A DNA stretch of 64,000 nucleotides from Patescibacteria group bacterium UBA2773 (GCA_002352465.1 DEIN01000003.1:88933-152932), one strand, 5' to 3'. Positions 29,029 to 39,691 are shown, numbered from the stretch's first letter. The notes: generated by a model not told the origin, from the sequence alone. Made by a program: numbers and translations.

Positions 29029-29691
29029 ATGAAAAAAAATATAAATTTAAAACTGTTAATTCTTGTAATAATCACCCTATCTTTTTTTATAGTCCTCTAC
29101 TGGTTTATTATAAAACCTTACCAAATCAGAAAAAATTGCGCTTTCATCGAAATAAAATCATATACACAAAAAGAAAAAGAAGAGGCTAAGAAATACCTTA
29201 TTAAAAATTGCCCTATCGTATCTAACAACATTGCTGAAAGAGTTATTTTTAATTATAAGAATGAAATAACTCAAGAATGCAAAGACAAAAAATACATAGT
29301 AATGTATGCTCCGATAGGCGATAAAAATCAAAAAAGACCCGCTAAAGATAACGAATATTTCAAATGTCTCAGAGAAAACGGCTTGGAATATTATCAAGAA
29401 ACTAAAACTGAATTTACACAACCAATAGAAAATACACCTGGGAATAAACCAACCAAAGAATTTAAAAGTATTATTCCGTCTTCTGAAAAAAAGTCAGTGG
29501 AATCCGTGATAAATAATATTAAACAAGATCAAGCACAAAAATGCCAAGAAAATTTGAATAAATACAATATCTGTTTAAGCGAATATAATTCCAAAATGGC
29601 AGAATACAATTCATGCATAAACGGAAATGGCTATACATCATTTTGTTCAAAGCCTTCTAATCTTTGTTTTAAACCATCTTGTGCATATTAA
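29029..29691 (+). CDS. Cys-rich membrane-anchored/secreted hypothetical protein
   Basis: 220 aa with an N-terminal TM anchor and 12+ cysteines in the predicted extracytoplasmic part. Confidence 0.4.
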   Translation: MKKNINLKLLILVIITLSFFIVLYWFIIKPYQIRKNCAFIEIKSYTQKEKEEAKKYLIKNCPIVSNNIAERVIFNYKNEITQECKDKKYIVMYAPIGDKNQKRPAKDNEYFKCLRENGLEYYQETKTEFTQPIENTPGNKPTKEFKSIIPSSEKKSVESVINNIKQDQAQKCQENLNKYNICLSEYNSKMAEYNSCINGNGYTSFCSKPSNLCFKPSCAY

Positions 29692-29960
29692 ATATGAAAA
29701 ATGAACATCTAAAAATAGCTTTGGTTTCTATAGGCTTTGGTACAATAACTTATATGTTTAGAGAGAATTTACGAACCAGTCTTTGGATTAGTTTTTTTGT
29801 TCTTAATCTCTATTATCTACATGGAAATTATCTAAAACAAGATTATGATAATTTAAACGATAAAATATCCTCTGTTTCATGTCTTGCTTGTACAATTATT
29901 TTTTTCTCAACTATTTTCTCGCTCTTGGCATATGAAATAATAAATTCAATAAATAATTAA
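29679..29960 (+). CDS. Small membrane protein (93 aa)
   Basis: ORF track; hydrophobic. Confidence 0.3.
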   Translation: MCILNMKNEHLKIALVSIGFGTITYMFRENLRTSLWISFFVLNLYYLHGNYLKQDYDNLNDKISSVSCLACTIIFFSTIFSLLAYEIINSINN

Positions 29961-29966
29961 AATGAA

Positions 29967-30155
29967 ATGAAAAAATCAATCAACAATAAGAAACTATTTC
30001 TAACTGGACCGGGACTTTTAATTTTCAGCAGACTTATTTTCTTTGTCTGGGATAGCATGGCAAGCGCTACGATAACAGTTATCCTGGACTTTATCGCCTT
30101 ACCAATTCTAGCAATTAGTTTCTTAAGATATTTAATTGGTATATTTAAAAAATGA
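29967..30155 (+). CDS. Small membrane protein (62 aa)
   Basis: ORF track; hydrophobic. Its stop overlaps the next ORF's start (ATGA). Confidence 0.25.
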   Translation: MKKSINNKKLFLTGPGLLIFSRLIFFVWDSMASATITVILDFIALPILAISFLRYLIGIFKK

Positions 30156-30643
30156 AAATAAAATTCAAAAAACCAATCGAGATCGATTTTGATGAATCGC
30201 CCTATTTATTTATTGAAGATCCTCAAACAGTGGATTTAATTAAATTAAATTTAAGAAAAAAACTCTCCAAGAAAAAACTGGGGATAGTCGAAGCTACTTA
30301 CAAACTACATACTCCAAAACAACTTATTGAAATGATAGATAGTCTAAAAAAAGAAATGGATTCAAGATACAAAGTCCTAGAAACAAACCAGATCTGGAGA
30401 GATCCTATTTTAAACGCCAAAGCAAAATCTAAAATGCCCTATATATTCCTTTGCATAGAAGATTTAACAGACTTTCTAATCAACAAAGAAATTAGAAAAG
30501 AACTCGAAAACAAATTAATTCAAATTGCTGGACTAGGCCGAGGAGCTAAAATTCACCTAATCTTCTCATGTCTCCCGATGAAAAAACACATCTTCCCAGA
30601 GATTCTTTTTACCAATATTCAATATCCCCTTTCTTCAAACTAA
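30152..30643 (+). pseudogene. FtsK/SpoIIIE-family ATPase fragment (Walker-B to C-terminal portion only)
   Basis: 163 aa. 'PYIFLCIEDLTDFL' resembles the Walker B region and 'IAGLGRGAKIHLIFS…IFPEILFTNIQYPLS' resembles the FtsK C-terminal 'RAAGIHLILATQRP…NIPTRIAF' block. No Walker A N-terminal domain precedes it. Confidence 0.4.
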
Positions 30644-31537
30644 TTTTAATATTTTTTCCGACTTTTCAATATCTTCATCGGAAAATTTTCCTATCACTGG
30701 CATTAGCTTTTCTTCGATCATTTCACTTATATACATTTCTTCTATGTTTCCATCTTTTTCAATCTCTATTTTTTCTGGTAAATCAATCATTAAAATTGGT
30801 AATTTTTTCAAAAATAAATTCTCATCGCTTTTTATTTGATCTTGAATTTCAAATACAAATAAAAGATAAATAATCTTTTGTTTTATATTTTTCTCATTAT
30901 TGGATTTTTCTTTGAACAAATCCAAATCAACTTCGCTAATAACCTCTAAATCTTTTATGGAGAAATAATTTTCTTCAAACAAATTTTTAAAATCTCCTGA
31001 AATAAAACTTTTATCCCAGTTTTCTTCTATAAAAATCTGTAAAAATTTTGTTAACTCATGTTTTAGTTTTCCATGGATTTTTTTTACAAACTCAATTTCC
31101 TCTTTTATAAAGTATTCAATTTTCTCTTCAGTTTCATAGTAGATTCTTCCGCTTGCATGAGAACAATTATTTCTAACTTGAACATGATTTTTACAAATAG
31201 TTATATCATTTATGTGAAAACGAAGCGATCTAAGCAATTTTTCCAAACTTGTTTTTTCGCTTATTTGAGACAAATCGAATAAACTACTAAACACTTTGTC
31301 TGTTTGATTATTCAGAGATTCGATAATGCTTTGATTTCCTTGTTCCCTTAAAAACCACTTTGTTTTATAAATAAAAATCATATTTAACATGTGAAAAGCC
31401 GTAAAAGCAAATTGATATTTGCCTTTCTCAAAATTCTCTCTATATGCCTCACTCAAGTATTCAACAAATTCATTCGCTTCTAAATCTACAAATCGTATCG
31501 GCAAATAACTTGAGATTGATTCTAAATACTCTTCCAT
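30635..31537 (-). CDS. Hypothetical 300-aa protein co-transcribed downstream of the R-M-S fusion enzyme
   Basis: Starts 12 bp after the RMS gene stop. No recognisable motif. Confidence 0.4.
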   Translation of the reverse strand: MEEYLESISSYLPIRFVDLEANEFVEYLSEAYRENFEKGKYQFAFTAFHMLNMIFIYKTKWFLREQGNQSIIESLNNQTDKVFSSLFDLSQISEKTSLEKLLRSLRFHINDITICKNHVQVRNNCSHASGRIYYETEEKIEYFIKEEIEFVKKIHGKLKHELTKFLQIFIEENWDKSFISGDFKNLFEENYFSIKDLEVISEVDLDLFKEKSNNEKNIKQKIIYLLFVFEIQDQIKSDENLFLKKLPILMIDLPEKIEIEKDGNIEEMYISEMIEEKLMPVIGKFSDEDIEKSEKILKLV

Positions 31538-31549
31538 GATAACTAAATA

Positions 31550-34435
31550 TTATTTACCCCAAACAGAGTCTAATTTATTCTTAATTTTCCTTTCAAAAAT
31601 TCTTATAATTTTTTTATTCGAGTTAATGAGAGTTTGTTCACTTTGAATTATTTCAGTAAGGTTGTTTTGCACATCTATATCAGGAAGTATTACCTCTAGC
31701 TGTTCAAAACTTTTCTTCGAAATTTCCTTAAAGGTTCCCCCAGAAGCCATGCAATTCATATGACCCACAAGTTTAGTAAGGATAAAAGCTACAAAATTAC
31801 TATTTATATTTTCTTTGTCTTTTATTATTATATTTTTAAAACCTTGATTTGTAGCCAATTGATTCATAACAACGCCAATTCTTCCTATCGTTGCACGAGA
31901 AGACACGACAATTGTTCCTTTTGGTAATAATTTTGCGGAAGATTCATTCAATCCTTTTTTTGTAATCTTTCTTTTACTCGTTGATATCTCTGTCACAAAA
32001 TCAGCACTGGGTAGATCAGCAAGTGTAATCCAATTAATATTTCCGCTCCAATAGTCCTTGTTCCTTGAATCTGGTGTACCACCAGATTGAATCTCAAATC
32101 TTTTTCTATCGCCTAATTTAACTCTTTTCCATTCTTCTTTAATCTCAATATTTGGCTTATAATTTTCAATTACCATTTTTGCTCCGTCTACAACTTTTCG
32201 ATAACCATCCAGTTCTTCTACAATTTGTTTTTGTATTTCTAATGGAGGAATCGGGACTCTTAAATTTGAAATTTCGGATAAATTAAGTGATGGATAATTT
32301 TGATCTACCGTCAAATCTTTTGAATCTACATGACACAAAAGGTAAAACAAAAATCTCGACAAAACCTTGCTTTTATCTACTAGAATAGTTGCCAAATGGC
32401 TTGATACAAACCCATCAACACCCAAAATTGCCCTGTGATTTAAAAAAGTAGAAGCTCCGCTCTTGGGTATTAAAATCGTCCCTCTTGGTATCAATTTTAA
32501 ATTCTTAATACCTTTTTTATTAAGTTTATCTCTTGATTTTAAAAGATTTGTTGTTGTGTGCGATATCGCAACGTCGGAAGTCCTAAAAAATGGATATTCC
32601 CCTTCCTTAAAAAATTTTTGTTCTTGCGGTGCTGAATTTCCCGATCCAATAGTTGCAATGTCTGATATTTTTAAGACTTCCCATTCGACATTTCCATAAT
32701 CAAACATTTTTTTATAACGACTTCCGACAAGCACTAGATCATTTTCCCTTATGTCTTCCATTTTAATCTGAGAAAAACCAACTTTCAAAGCTCCTTTCTC
32801 ATCTTCATTTTTGGGATCTCTGTATTCTAAGAATTGCTGTAAGTCAGTTTTTCCTTCGAGTTTTTTTCTATGACTATCTAGACTATAGCCATCATTTTTT
32901 ACATCGAAATACCAAACTTTTTCTTGTTTTTTCTTTTTCTTTATATTAGTGCAATACAAAATGTTTGTTTTAACTCCTGTGTAAGGAAGAAAAACTCCCT
33001 GAGGAAGAGAGATGACACTTTTCAAAGTGCATCTATCAAGCAAATACTCTCTTGTTTTCTGTAAATCCTTGCGAAACAGAAAGCCTTCTGGCACCACCAA
33101 TGCCATTCTTCCCTTCTCACTTGCTTTATCAATTGCTTTTATACAATGTTGAATACAAACACTATCGCCATTAGTGCTGGGTAAATCATAATAAGCTCCA
33201 TATTCAGTTTTTTGAGAATATGGCATATTAGTAATAACAATATCGTATTTATCATCAACTGGATTTTTTAAACTATTCTGCTGTTGAATTCCGCTATGTC
33301 CATCACCAATCAATATCATATTCATTTTAGTAATTCTTGCAGTTGTAGTAATTTCATTTCCGAAAAGTGTCTTTTCTTTTAATTGATTCCAATTTACCTC
33401 TGTTCTTGCCATGTTATGAGAAATGTGCTTAAAACTTTCAATAAGCGTACCACCTGTACCGCAGAAAGGATCGTAAACTGTTTCTCCAATTTGTGGATTT
33501 AAAAGCTTAACCATTACTTTCACGATATGTCGAGGAGTAAAATACTCACCTAAGTCATTTTTTGTCGCCGTTGATTGCTTTAAAAAATATTCGAAAGAAT
33601 CGCCTTTGATATCGGAGTCAATATTAATAAGATTTAAAGGATCTAATTTGTCAATTATTTTTTTTAAAGTATTGGGACTTTTGATTGTTAGAGGCGTAAA
33701 GATATCTTTATCCTTATAAGATTCTCCAATTTCTGGTAAGACTATTTTATTTATATGCAAAAGCAAATCTTGCCCTGTTTTATTCTTCCAACTGCTCCAT
33801 CTCAGATGCTTATCTAGCATAGTTGTATCACCTTTTTTCTCTTTTAAATCCTCTAACTCTCCAATCAATTTCAAAAACAGAATATTTGAAAATTCTCCAA
33901 ACCTTTCTATCCCCGCCCTAGAACCTTCGTCTCTTAGCAAATCGTTAGAGTCTTCAAATATTTTTATAAGCCTTTTTCTGTCGTAAATAACCTCCTTGGA
34001 AATTGTATCGACTTCATTGTCTTCGAGAAATTTTATCGCTTCCAATTCTCTAAATAGTTCATCCACTTCTTCTCCATTTAAAAACAAAGGCTTGTGCTTT
34101 TTTACATGTAAGGTCTTATAATAAATACCGTCCGTCGCAAACACAATTGGCGCTCCCAAGGCTTCAGCATATTCATCGCCTTGCTTGATTGCTTCATCTA
34201 AGTTTGCGCCTGGTTTTTTAGTTTCTATTATTATAATAGGTTCTTTCCTAGCTGAATTTTTTGCATACAAGACATAATCGGGCCTTTTCCCTTTTAATTT
34301 TTTTCTTTCTTCAACCGTCCTTGGTTGTTCCTGAAAAACATTGCAACCTTTCCCTGCGGTAAGATTCCAATCTAAATTTTTAAGTTGTTCATCTACTAAC
34401 GTCCTGATGCTCTGTTCTGTTTTGAATGTTTTCAT
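31550..34435 (-). CDS. Single-chain Type IIB/IIG-like restriction-modification enzyme (N-terminal PD-ExK nuclease + gamma-class N6-adenine MTase + two HsdS-like TRDs)
   Basis: 961 aa. HsdR-N-like 'IIIIETKKPG', MTase motif I 'DPFCGTGGTL', motif IV 'NMPY', and a C-terminal half with two S-subunit-like target-recognition repeats ('IATIGSGNSAPQ…', 'GGTPDSRNKDYWSG…'). No helicase domain. Architecture resembles AloI/TstI. Confidence 0.65.
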   Translation of the reverse strand: MKTFKTEQSIRTLVDEQLKNLDWNLTAGKGCNVFQEQPRTVEERKKLKGKRPDYVLYAKNSARKEPIIIIETKKPGANLDEAIKQGDEYAEALGAPIVFATDGIYYKTLHVKKHKPLFLNGEEVDELFRELEAIKFLEDNEVDTISKEVIYDRKRLIKIFEDSNDLLRDEGSRAGIERFGEFSNILFLKLIGELEDLKEKKGDTTMLDKHLRWSSWKNKTGQDLLLHINKIVLPEIGESYKDKDIFTPLTIKSPNTLKKIIDKLDPLNLINIDSDIKGDSFEYFLKQSTATKNDLGEYFTPRHIVKVMVKLLNPQIGETVYDPFCGTGGTLIESFKHISHNMARTEVNWNQLKEKTLFGNEITTTARITKMNMILIGDGHSGIQQQNSLKNPVDDKYDIVITNMPYSQKTEYGAYYDLPSTNGDSVCIQHCIKAIDKASEKGRMALVVPEGFLFRKDLQKTREYLLDRCTLKSVISLPQGVFLPYTGVKTNILYCTNIKKKKKQEKVWYFDVKNDGYSLDSHRKKLEGKTDLQQFLEYRDPKNEDEKGALKVGFSQIKMEDIRENDLVLVGSRYKKMFDYGNVEWEVLKISDIATIGSGNSAPQEQKFFKEGEYPFFRTSDVAISHTTTNLLKSRDKLNKKGIKNLKLIPRGTILIPKSGASTFLNHRAILGVDGFVSSHLATILVDKSKVLSRFLFYLLCHVDSKDLTVDQNYPSLNLSEISNLRVPIPPLEIQKQIVEELDGYRKVVDGAKMVIENYKPNIEIKEEWKRVKLGDRKRFEIQSGGTPDSRNKDYWSGNINWITLADLPSADFVTEISTSKRKITKKGLNESSAKLLPKGTIVVSSRATIGRIGVVMNQLATNQGFKNIIIKDKENINSNFVAFILTKLVGHMNCMASGGTFKEISKKSFEQLEVILPDIDVQNNLTEIIQSEQTLINSNKKIIRIFERKIKNKLDSVWGK

Positions 34436-34636
34436 TAAATTTATTTTTATTTTGACCCTAACAACAATAAACTTTTAATCAATAAAAAGCATACTCTATT
34501 TTATAATTTAATTTTATCTCAATTCTTCCAAAAGAACAATGTAAATTAGGTTATATTAAAATTGTTCCAAATTAATTTTCTAAATTTTAAACTAAACAGG
34601 TTCTAACACCCTCTACCCAACGGAGCAAACGCTTTT

Positions 34637-34672
34637 AAATGCCTTATCCGCCAGCTGGCGAATAAGGCATTT
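34637..34672. repeat. 36-bp near-perfect palindrome (aaatgccttatccgccag|ctggcgaataaggcattt); probable bidirectional terminator or binding site downstream of the RND operon
   Basis: Read directly from the sequence; one mismatch in the arms. Confidence 0.4.
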
Positions 34673-34819
34673 TAGTAGTTTAGGTTAACTTTTTGACTAT
34701 TTAAAAATTTTCATCCAGCTTTTTTCTAATTCACAGTAGTCTCACAGATTGTAATAAATTTTCAATATCTATTCTCTGTCAACAAATATGCTAGAAATCA
34801 AACAAATTTACTTTTTTGT

Positions 34820-37800
34820 TCATTTTTTGTTTCCTATTTTTCCAAACTCCACATAAACTCTTCTCGAAAATCTTTCGACTAAACTATACACAACAGGAAT
34901 CACTATTAGGGTTAATACGGTTGACACCAGCAATCCACCAATCACGGCAATTGCCATCGGACGCATCATTTCTGAACCCTCCTGTTTAGCCAAAGCCATT
35001 GGCAATATCCCTAAAAGAGTGGTAATAGAGGTAATTAAAATTGGTCTTAATCGCGTAGTTCCGCCTTCCACTAAAGCATCAAATTCGCTCATTCCTTTTT
35101 TACGTAATTGATTAACATAATCAACTAAAACAATCGCATTATTTACCACAATGCCGGCTAACATAATTATACCCATAAAAGATGGCAAAGATAATGATTG
35201 CCCTGTTATAAATAATGCCAATCCAACGCCAATAAAAGCCAACGGCAATTCAAACATCACAATGAATGGATGAATTAATGACTCAAATTGAGAAGCCATC
35301 ACCATATAAACCAGCAAAACACCAAGCGCTAAAGCTAGGGCTAAAGTGCCAAAGGTATCTTGCATTTGCTTATACGAACCGCCATATTCAATAAAATATC
35401 CTGATGGCATGTCAAATTTTTCTAGCTTATCCTTGATATCTCCCACCACACTACCAACGTCTCGATCTAATATATTAGAAGTTACTGACGCTACTCTTAA
35501 TTGATTTTCTCGATTAATCTTAATTGGTCCCTGGTCATATGAAATTTTTGCCACCTGCTTTAACAAAATCTGACCACCAAAAGAAGAGTTAATTGTTAAA
35601 TTTTCTATCTTTTCAATACTATCTCTGTCTGCTTTGTTATACCTAACTCTTATATCAGTTTCTTCACCTCCTTGACGAAATTGGGTAGCTATTGATCCTT
35701 GCATTGAACTTTTTACTAAAGACCCGATCTGTCCTACTGTTAATCCCAAATGCGAAGCCCTTTCTCTGTCAATCGCAATTAACAATTCAGGTTTTCCTTG
35801 GCTTAAGGTTGTATTAATATCTCGCACTCCATCGATACCCTTTATTTCATTGGCAATATTATCAGAAACTTTTTGCAAAACTTCTAAATCTTTACCAAAT
35901 ATTTTAATTTCAATTGGAGTACTAGCTCCGCCCATCATAGCACCAGCCATATCCATCGAGTTAAGCTCTAAACCATTTATTGATGGCTTATTTTGTCTAA
36001 TAATTTCAATAATTTGAGCACCGGACATTTTTCTTTCTTTTTTATCTTTAAGTTTAATAAGTATCATTGCTTCGTTTATACCTCCGCCCATCCCCATTGA
36101 AGCACCTTCCGCCATATCATCACTTTGTCCAACAAAACTAGTAGCACTCACAATACTTTCACCTACTTTTTTTGCTATTATCTCCTCTGTTAATCGTGTA
36201 GCATTATCAGTTTGCTTTAAAGATGTGCCTACAGGCATTTCAATTTGTAAAATCATAATGCTTTGATCGCTTTCTGGCATAAATTCTGTACCAATGAAAG
36301 GAACCATCGCAATTGTAATAATTAATAAGCTTATTGTAACTAAAATTGTTTTAAGCCGATTTTTAAGAGACCAAATAAGAATTTTCTTGTAGCTATTTTG
36401 CAATTTAATAAAACGATTCTCCCCTGAAGCTTTTCTATAATCTTTTACTTCTTCTCGTTTTTTAAAAATTTTTGAAGCTATCATCGGAACAAGTGTAAGA
36501 GCTACAAATAATGAAGCCAGCAACGCGAAAATTATTGTTAATGATAACCCACGGGATAATTGTCCTGCAATTCCAGTGCCAAGAGACATTGGTAAAAATA
36601 CCGCAATAGTCGTCAAAGTGGCCGTTGTAATCGCTAATGCAATCTCATTAGAACCAATGATTGCTGCCTTTCGTCTTTTACCAATTTTTTCTAAATGTCT
36701 ATAAATATTTTCAATTACAACAACAGCGTTATCCACTAACATTCCAATTCCCAATGCTAAACCACCTAAAGTCATTAAATTTAAAGTGTACCCAACAACA
36801 TAGAGCGGGATAAAAGTCGCAATCAACGAAAGAGGAATAGCAAAAGCAATCGCTACTGTGGGTCGCCAATTTCTTAAAAATATATATATAATAATAATTG
36901 CTAACAGTCCGCCAATTAAACCACTTTGAGTTACAGATTTTGTGGATGTTTCAATTTGTCTGCTTTGATCCATTACTAAAGAAAATTCAGCGTCTTTAGG
37001 TAAAAATTCTTTTAATTTTGGCAGTTCTTTTTTTATTGACTTCGCAACCTCTGTGGTGTTTGCGCCAGATTGCTTACTAATCATTAGAAGTAAACTATCT
37101 TTTTTGTTTGTGCGACTATGTCCTCTTATCTCTTCGTGTGTATCAATCACATCGGCTACATCATATAAATAAATCGGCGTATCATTTCTAATAATTAATA
37201 CTGTATTTTTTATTTCATCTAAATTTTTAAATTCTCCAACAGTACGAATAGGTAATTCAAGTAATCCCTGCTCAATAAATCCACCAGATAAATTAATATT
37301 TTCTCCGCGTAAAATTTGCACAATCTGAGATTGAGTTAAGTTATATGACTCTAATAATTGCTTGTTTAATTTAATTAAAATTTCACGCTTTTGTCCACCA
37401 CGTATTTCCATTGTAGCGACTCCATCGAGTCTTTCTATCTTGTCTTTAATGTTATCTTCTAAAACTTTTTTTAGCTCTAAGGTATTAAGACTATCGCATG
37501 TAACACCGTAACCAAGAACTGGCATAGCCCCAACATCCATTTTTATAACTAATGGTTTATTGGCGTCTTGTGGTAAATAATCTTCTATTAAACCAATCTT
37601 GTCCCTAACATCTTGAGCGGCAAAATCTATTTTAGTGCCACTATTAAATTCAATCATTACAATTGACGCACTTTCTTGCGAAATAGATTTAATTGTTTTT
37701 GCATCTTTAACTGTGGCAACAGCATCTTCAATCGGCTTAGTAATAATATCTTCAATGTCTTTAGGTGCTACTCCATTATATGAAGTAACAATTGATACCA

Positions 37801-37930
37801 CAGGGAACTCAATATCTGGAAGCATATCCACTCCCAAACGACTCAGAGAGACAAAACCAAAAACAACAATGATTAAAACCATCATTGTTATAGTCACTGG
37901 TCTATCGACTGAAAACTTTGGTAAACTCAT
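34820..37930 (-). CDS. RND efflux transporter permease (AcrB/HAE1 family)
   Basis: 1036 aa with 12 TM segments, two large periplasmic loops, and typical AcrB start 'RPV…MMVL…GFVS'. Confidence 0.88.
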   Translation of the reverse strand: MSLPKFSVDRPVTITMMVLIIVVFGFVSLSRLGVDMLPDIEFPVVSIVTSYNGVAPKDIEDIITKPIEDAVATVKDAKTIKSISQESASIVMIEFNSGTKIDFAAQDVRDKIGLIEDYLPQDANKPLVIKMDVGAMPVLGYGVTCDSLNTLELKKVLEDNIKDKIERLDGVATMEIRGGQKREILIKLNKQLLESYNLTQSQIVQILRGENINLSGGFIEQGLLELPIRTVGEFKNLDEIKNTVLIIRNDTPIYLYDVADVIDTHEEIRGHSRTNKKDSLLLMISKQSGANTTEVAKSIKKELPKLKEFLPKDAEFSLVMDQSRQIETSTKSVTQSGLIGGLLAIIIIYIFLRNWRPTVAIAFAIPLSLIATFIPLYVVGYTLNLMTLGGLALGIGMLVDNAVVVIENIYRHLEKIGKRRKAAIIGSNEIALAITTATLTTIAVFLPMSLGTGIAGQLSRGLSLTIIFALLASLFVALTLVPMIASKIFKKREEVKDYRKASGENRFIKLQNSYKKILIWSLKNRLKTILVTISLLIITIAMVPFIGTEFMPESDQSIMILQIEMPVGTSLKQTDNATRLTEEIIAKKVGESIVSATSFVGQSDDMAEGASMGMGGGINEAMILIKLKDKKERKMSGAQIIEIIRQNKPSINGLELNSMDMAGAMMGGASTPIEIKIFGKDLEVLQKVSDNIANEIKGIDGVRDINTTLSQGKPELLIAIDRERASHLGLTVGQIGSLVKSSMQGSIATQFRQGGEETDIRVRYNKADRDSIEKIENLTINSSFGGQILLKQVAKISYDQGPIKINRENQLRVASVTSNILDRDVGSVVGDIKDKLEKFDMPSGYFIEYGGSYKQMQDTFGTLALALALGVLLVYMVMASQFESLIHPFIVMFELPLAFIGVGLALFITGQSLSLPSFMGIIMLAGIVVNNAIVLVDYVNQLRKKGMSEFDALVEGGTTRLRPILITSITTLLGILPMALAKQEGSEMMRPMAIAVIGGLLVSTVLTLIVIPVVYSLVERFSRRVYVEFGKIGNKK

Positions 37931-37934
37931 AAAT

Positions 37935-39056
37935 TTATTGATTTTTTACTATTACTTTTTCTCCCTCTTCTAGCTCATAAGTTCCTCTTATCACCACCTC
38001 CTCATTTCCTACTAATCCCTCAACCACTTTTAATTTATCTCCAAAAGACTCAGTTTTAATTGTGACTATCTTATTTCTCGAATCACTACCAACTAAATAT
38101 ACTTTTTCTGTGTCACCTTCCATAAAAACTGCTGTCTGGGGGATTATTATGACATTGTCTTGCTTGGAAATAACTATATCTATTTGAGCTACTATTCCAG
38201 CTTTTATTTTTCCGTCTGCATTATCTAATTGAATTTTAACTGGAAATTTTTTGTTCCCCGAATCGGCCACTGAACTAACATAATGAACCGTTCCAATGAA
38301 TTTTTCATTTGGATAAGCTGCTAAATTAATTTCTGCCTTCTGCCCAACGGACACTTTATTAATGTCAAATTCAGTTAACGCTAATTCAATTTCTATGCTT
38401 TCAGTATTAACAATGTTCGCCACCGGACTACTTGTTGTAACCATTTCTCCTACCTTAGCATATATCTGATCAATCACACCTGAAATAGGTGCCACAATTG
38501 TGGTATTGCTCAATTTTGCTTGAGCAGAATCCAACTGTCCCTGAGCAATTGCAATTTTCAATTCTGCACTTTTCTTAACGCTAGAATAATTCGCTTCAGC
38601 CTGATCTTCCTCGTCACCATCGGCTATTTCTACTGCAACTTTAGCTGCTTTTTTTTCTTTTTTCATAGCAGCGATAGTACTATCTAAAGTAACCTTAGCA
38701 TTGTCATAAGCCACTAATAAAGTTCGATCTCTTTCCAGCTGAATAATAACTTGTCCGGCATCAACCCACGTCCCTTCTTTAAAATAAATATTAGCAACAT
38801 TACCTGTCATTTTAGAATTAATTTTGGCTTCGCTTGATGGTTTGGTCACCGAAGAAGTAGAAATATATTGATTCACAGTTTCTGACAATACTTTTTTCGT
38901 TTGAACAGTTGTTAAATCTCTACTAGAAACAGACTTTGAGTCATCCGTTACGTCGCTAAATGTTTTGAACAAGGCAAAGCTACCCATAGCTACTAACACG
39001 ATTACTAAAATAACACCTGATAATTTTTTTCGGCTATCTGTAATTAAGTTTTTCAT
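37935..39056 (-). CDS. RND efflux periplasmic adaptor (membrane fusion protein, HlyD/AcrA family)
   Basis: 373 aa with an N-terminal anchor, coiled-coil/lipoyl/beta-barrel pattern ('…VVIRGTYELEEGEKV…'). Confidence 0.8.
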   Translation of the reverse strand: MKNLITDSRKKLSGVILVIVLVAMGSFALFKTFSDVTDDSKSVSSRDLTTVQTKKVLSETVNQYISTSSVTKPSSEAKINSKMTGNVANIYFKEGTWVDAGQVIIQLERDRTLLVAYDNAKVTLDSTIAAMKKEKKAAKVAVEIADGDEEDQAEANYSSVKKSAELKIAIAQGQLDSAQAKLSNTTIVAPISGVIDQIYAKVGEMVTTSSPVANIVNTESIEIELALTEFDINKVSVGQKAEINLAAYPNEKFIGTVHYVSSVADSGNKKFPVKIQLDNADGKIKAGIVAQIDIVISKQDNVIIIPQTAVFMEGDTEKVYLVGSDSRNKIVTIKTESFGDKLKVVEGLVGNEEVVIRGTYELEEGEKVIVKNQ

Positions 39057-39077
39057 AATTAAAATATTTAATAAGCT

Positions 39078-39629
39078 TTATAATAGAACCTCAACAATCT
39101 GATCAGCAACCTTATCAGACCTAATTTTCTTGTTTAAAAACGAATATTCCAAAATTAATCCGTCCATCGTCCCAATCAATAGAGAAACCAATAACTCTTT
39201 GTTGACTATTTTTTTCACTCTATTATCAGCAAACATTTCTTCGATTACTGGATAGATTAGATCAACCCGTTGTTTTTTTAATTGTACGATGTGCTTTCTT
39301 ATTTGAGTATTGGTTGGCGATAATTTTAACATCACAGATTTAACGAGATTTTTTTCTTTCAAGCCAAAATCCAAATAATTTTTGATGAGTTTGTGTAATC
39401 TTTTATCAACCGTTTTCTCATTAAAAACTTCGGAAACAGACAAGCTCAAATCCCCGAATGCTTCATTAAGTACTTCTGTGTAAAGTTCCACTTTGCCGGT
39501 AAAATGATAATAAAGAGCGGCCTTAGTGATATTAAGTTTTTTAGCAATATCACTCATAGAAACACCTAAATAGCTGTATTCAGAAAAAAGATTACGAGCT
39601 ACATCAATAATGTGTTTTCTTGTGCCCAA
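39078..39629 (-). CDS. TetR/AcrR family transcriptional repressor
   Basis: N-terminal HTH 'ARNLFSEYSYLGVSMSDIAKKLNITKAALYYHF'. Confidence 0.85.
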   Translation of the reverse strand: MGTRKHIIDVARNLFSEYSYLGVSMSDIAKKLNITKAALYYHFTGKVELYTEVLNEAFGDLSLSVSEVFNEKTVDKRLHKLIKNYLDFGLKEKNLVKSVMLKLSPTNTQIRKHIVQLKKQRVDLIYPVIEEMFADNRVKKIVNKELLVSLLIGTMDGLILEYSFLNKKIRSDKVADQIVEVLL

Positions 39630-39691
39630 AAAAATGTCTTTATCTATTTTTTTAATTTTATTTATGACCTTTTAGTTTAATTTTTTAGTCT

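Larger units (their letters stand above)
28067..30643. mobile_element. Degraded mobile-element remnant (possible TerS-like gene, recombinase fragment, FtsK-like fragment, small membrane proteins)
   Basis: A cluster of truncated mobile-element-type genes with no intact recombinase. Confidence 0.3.
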
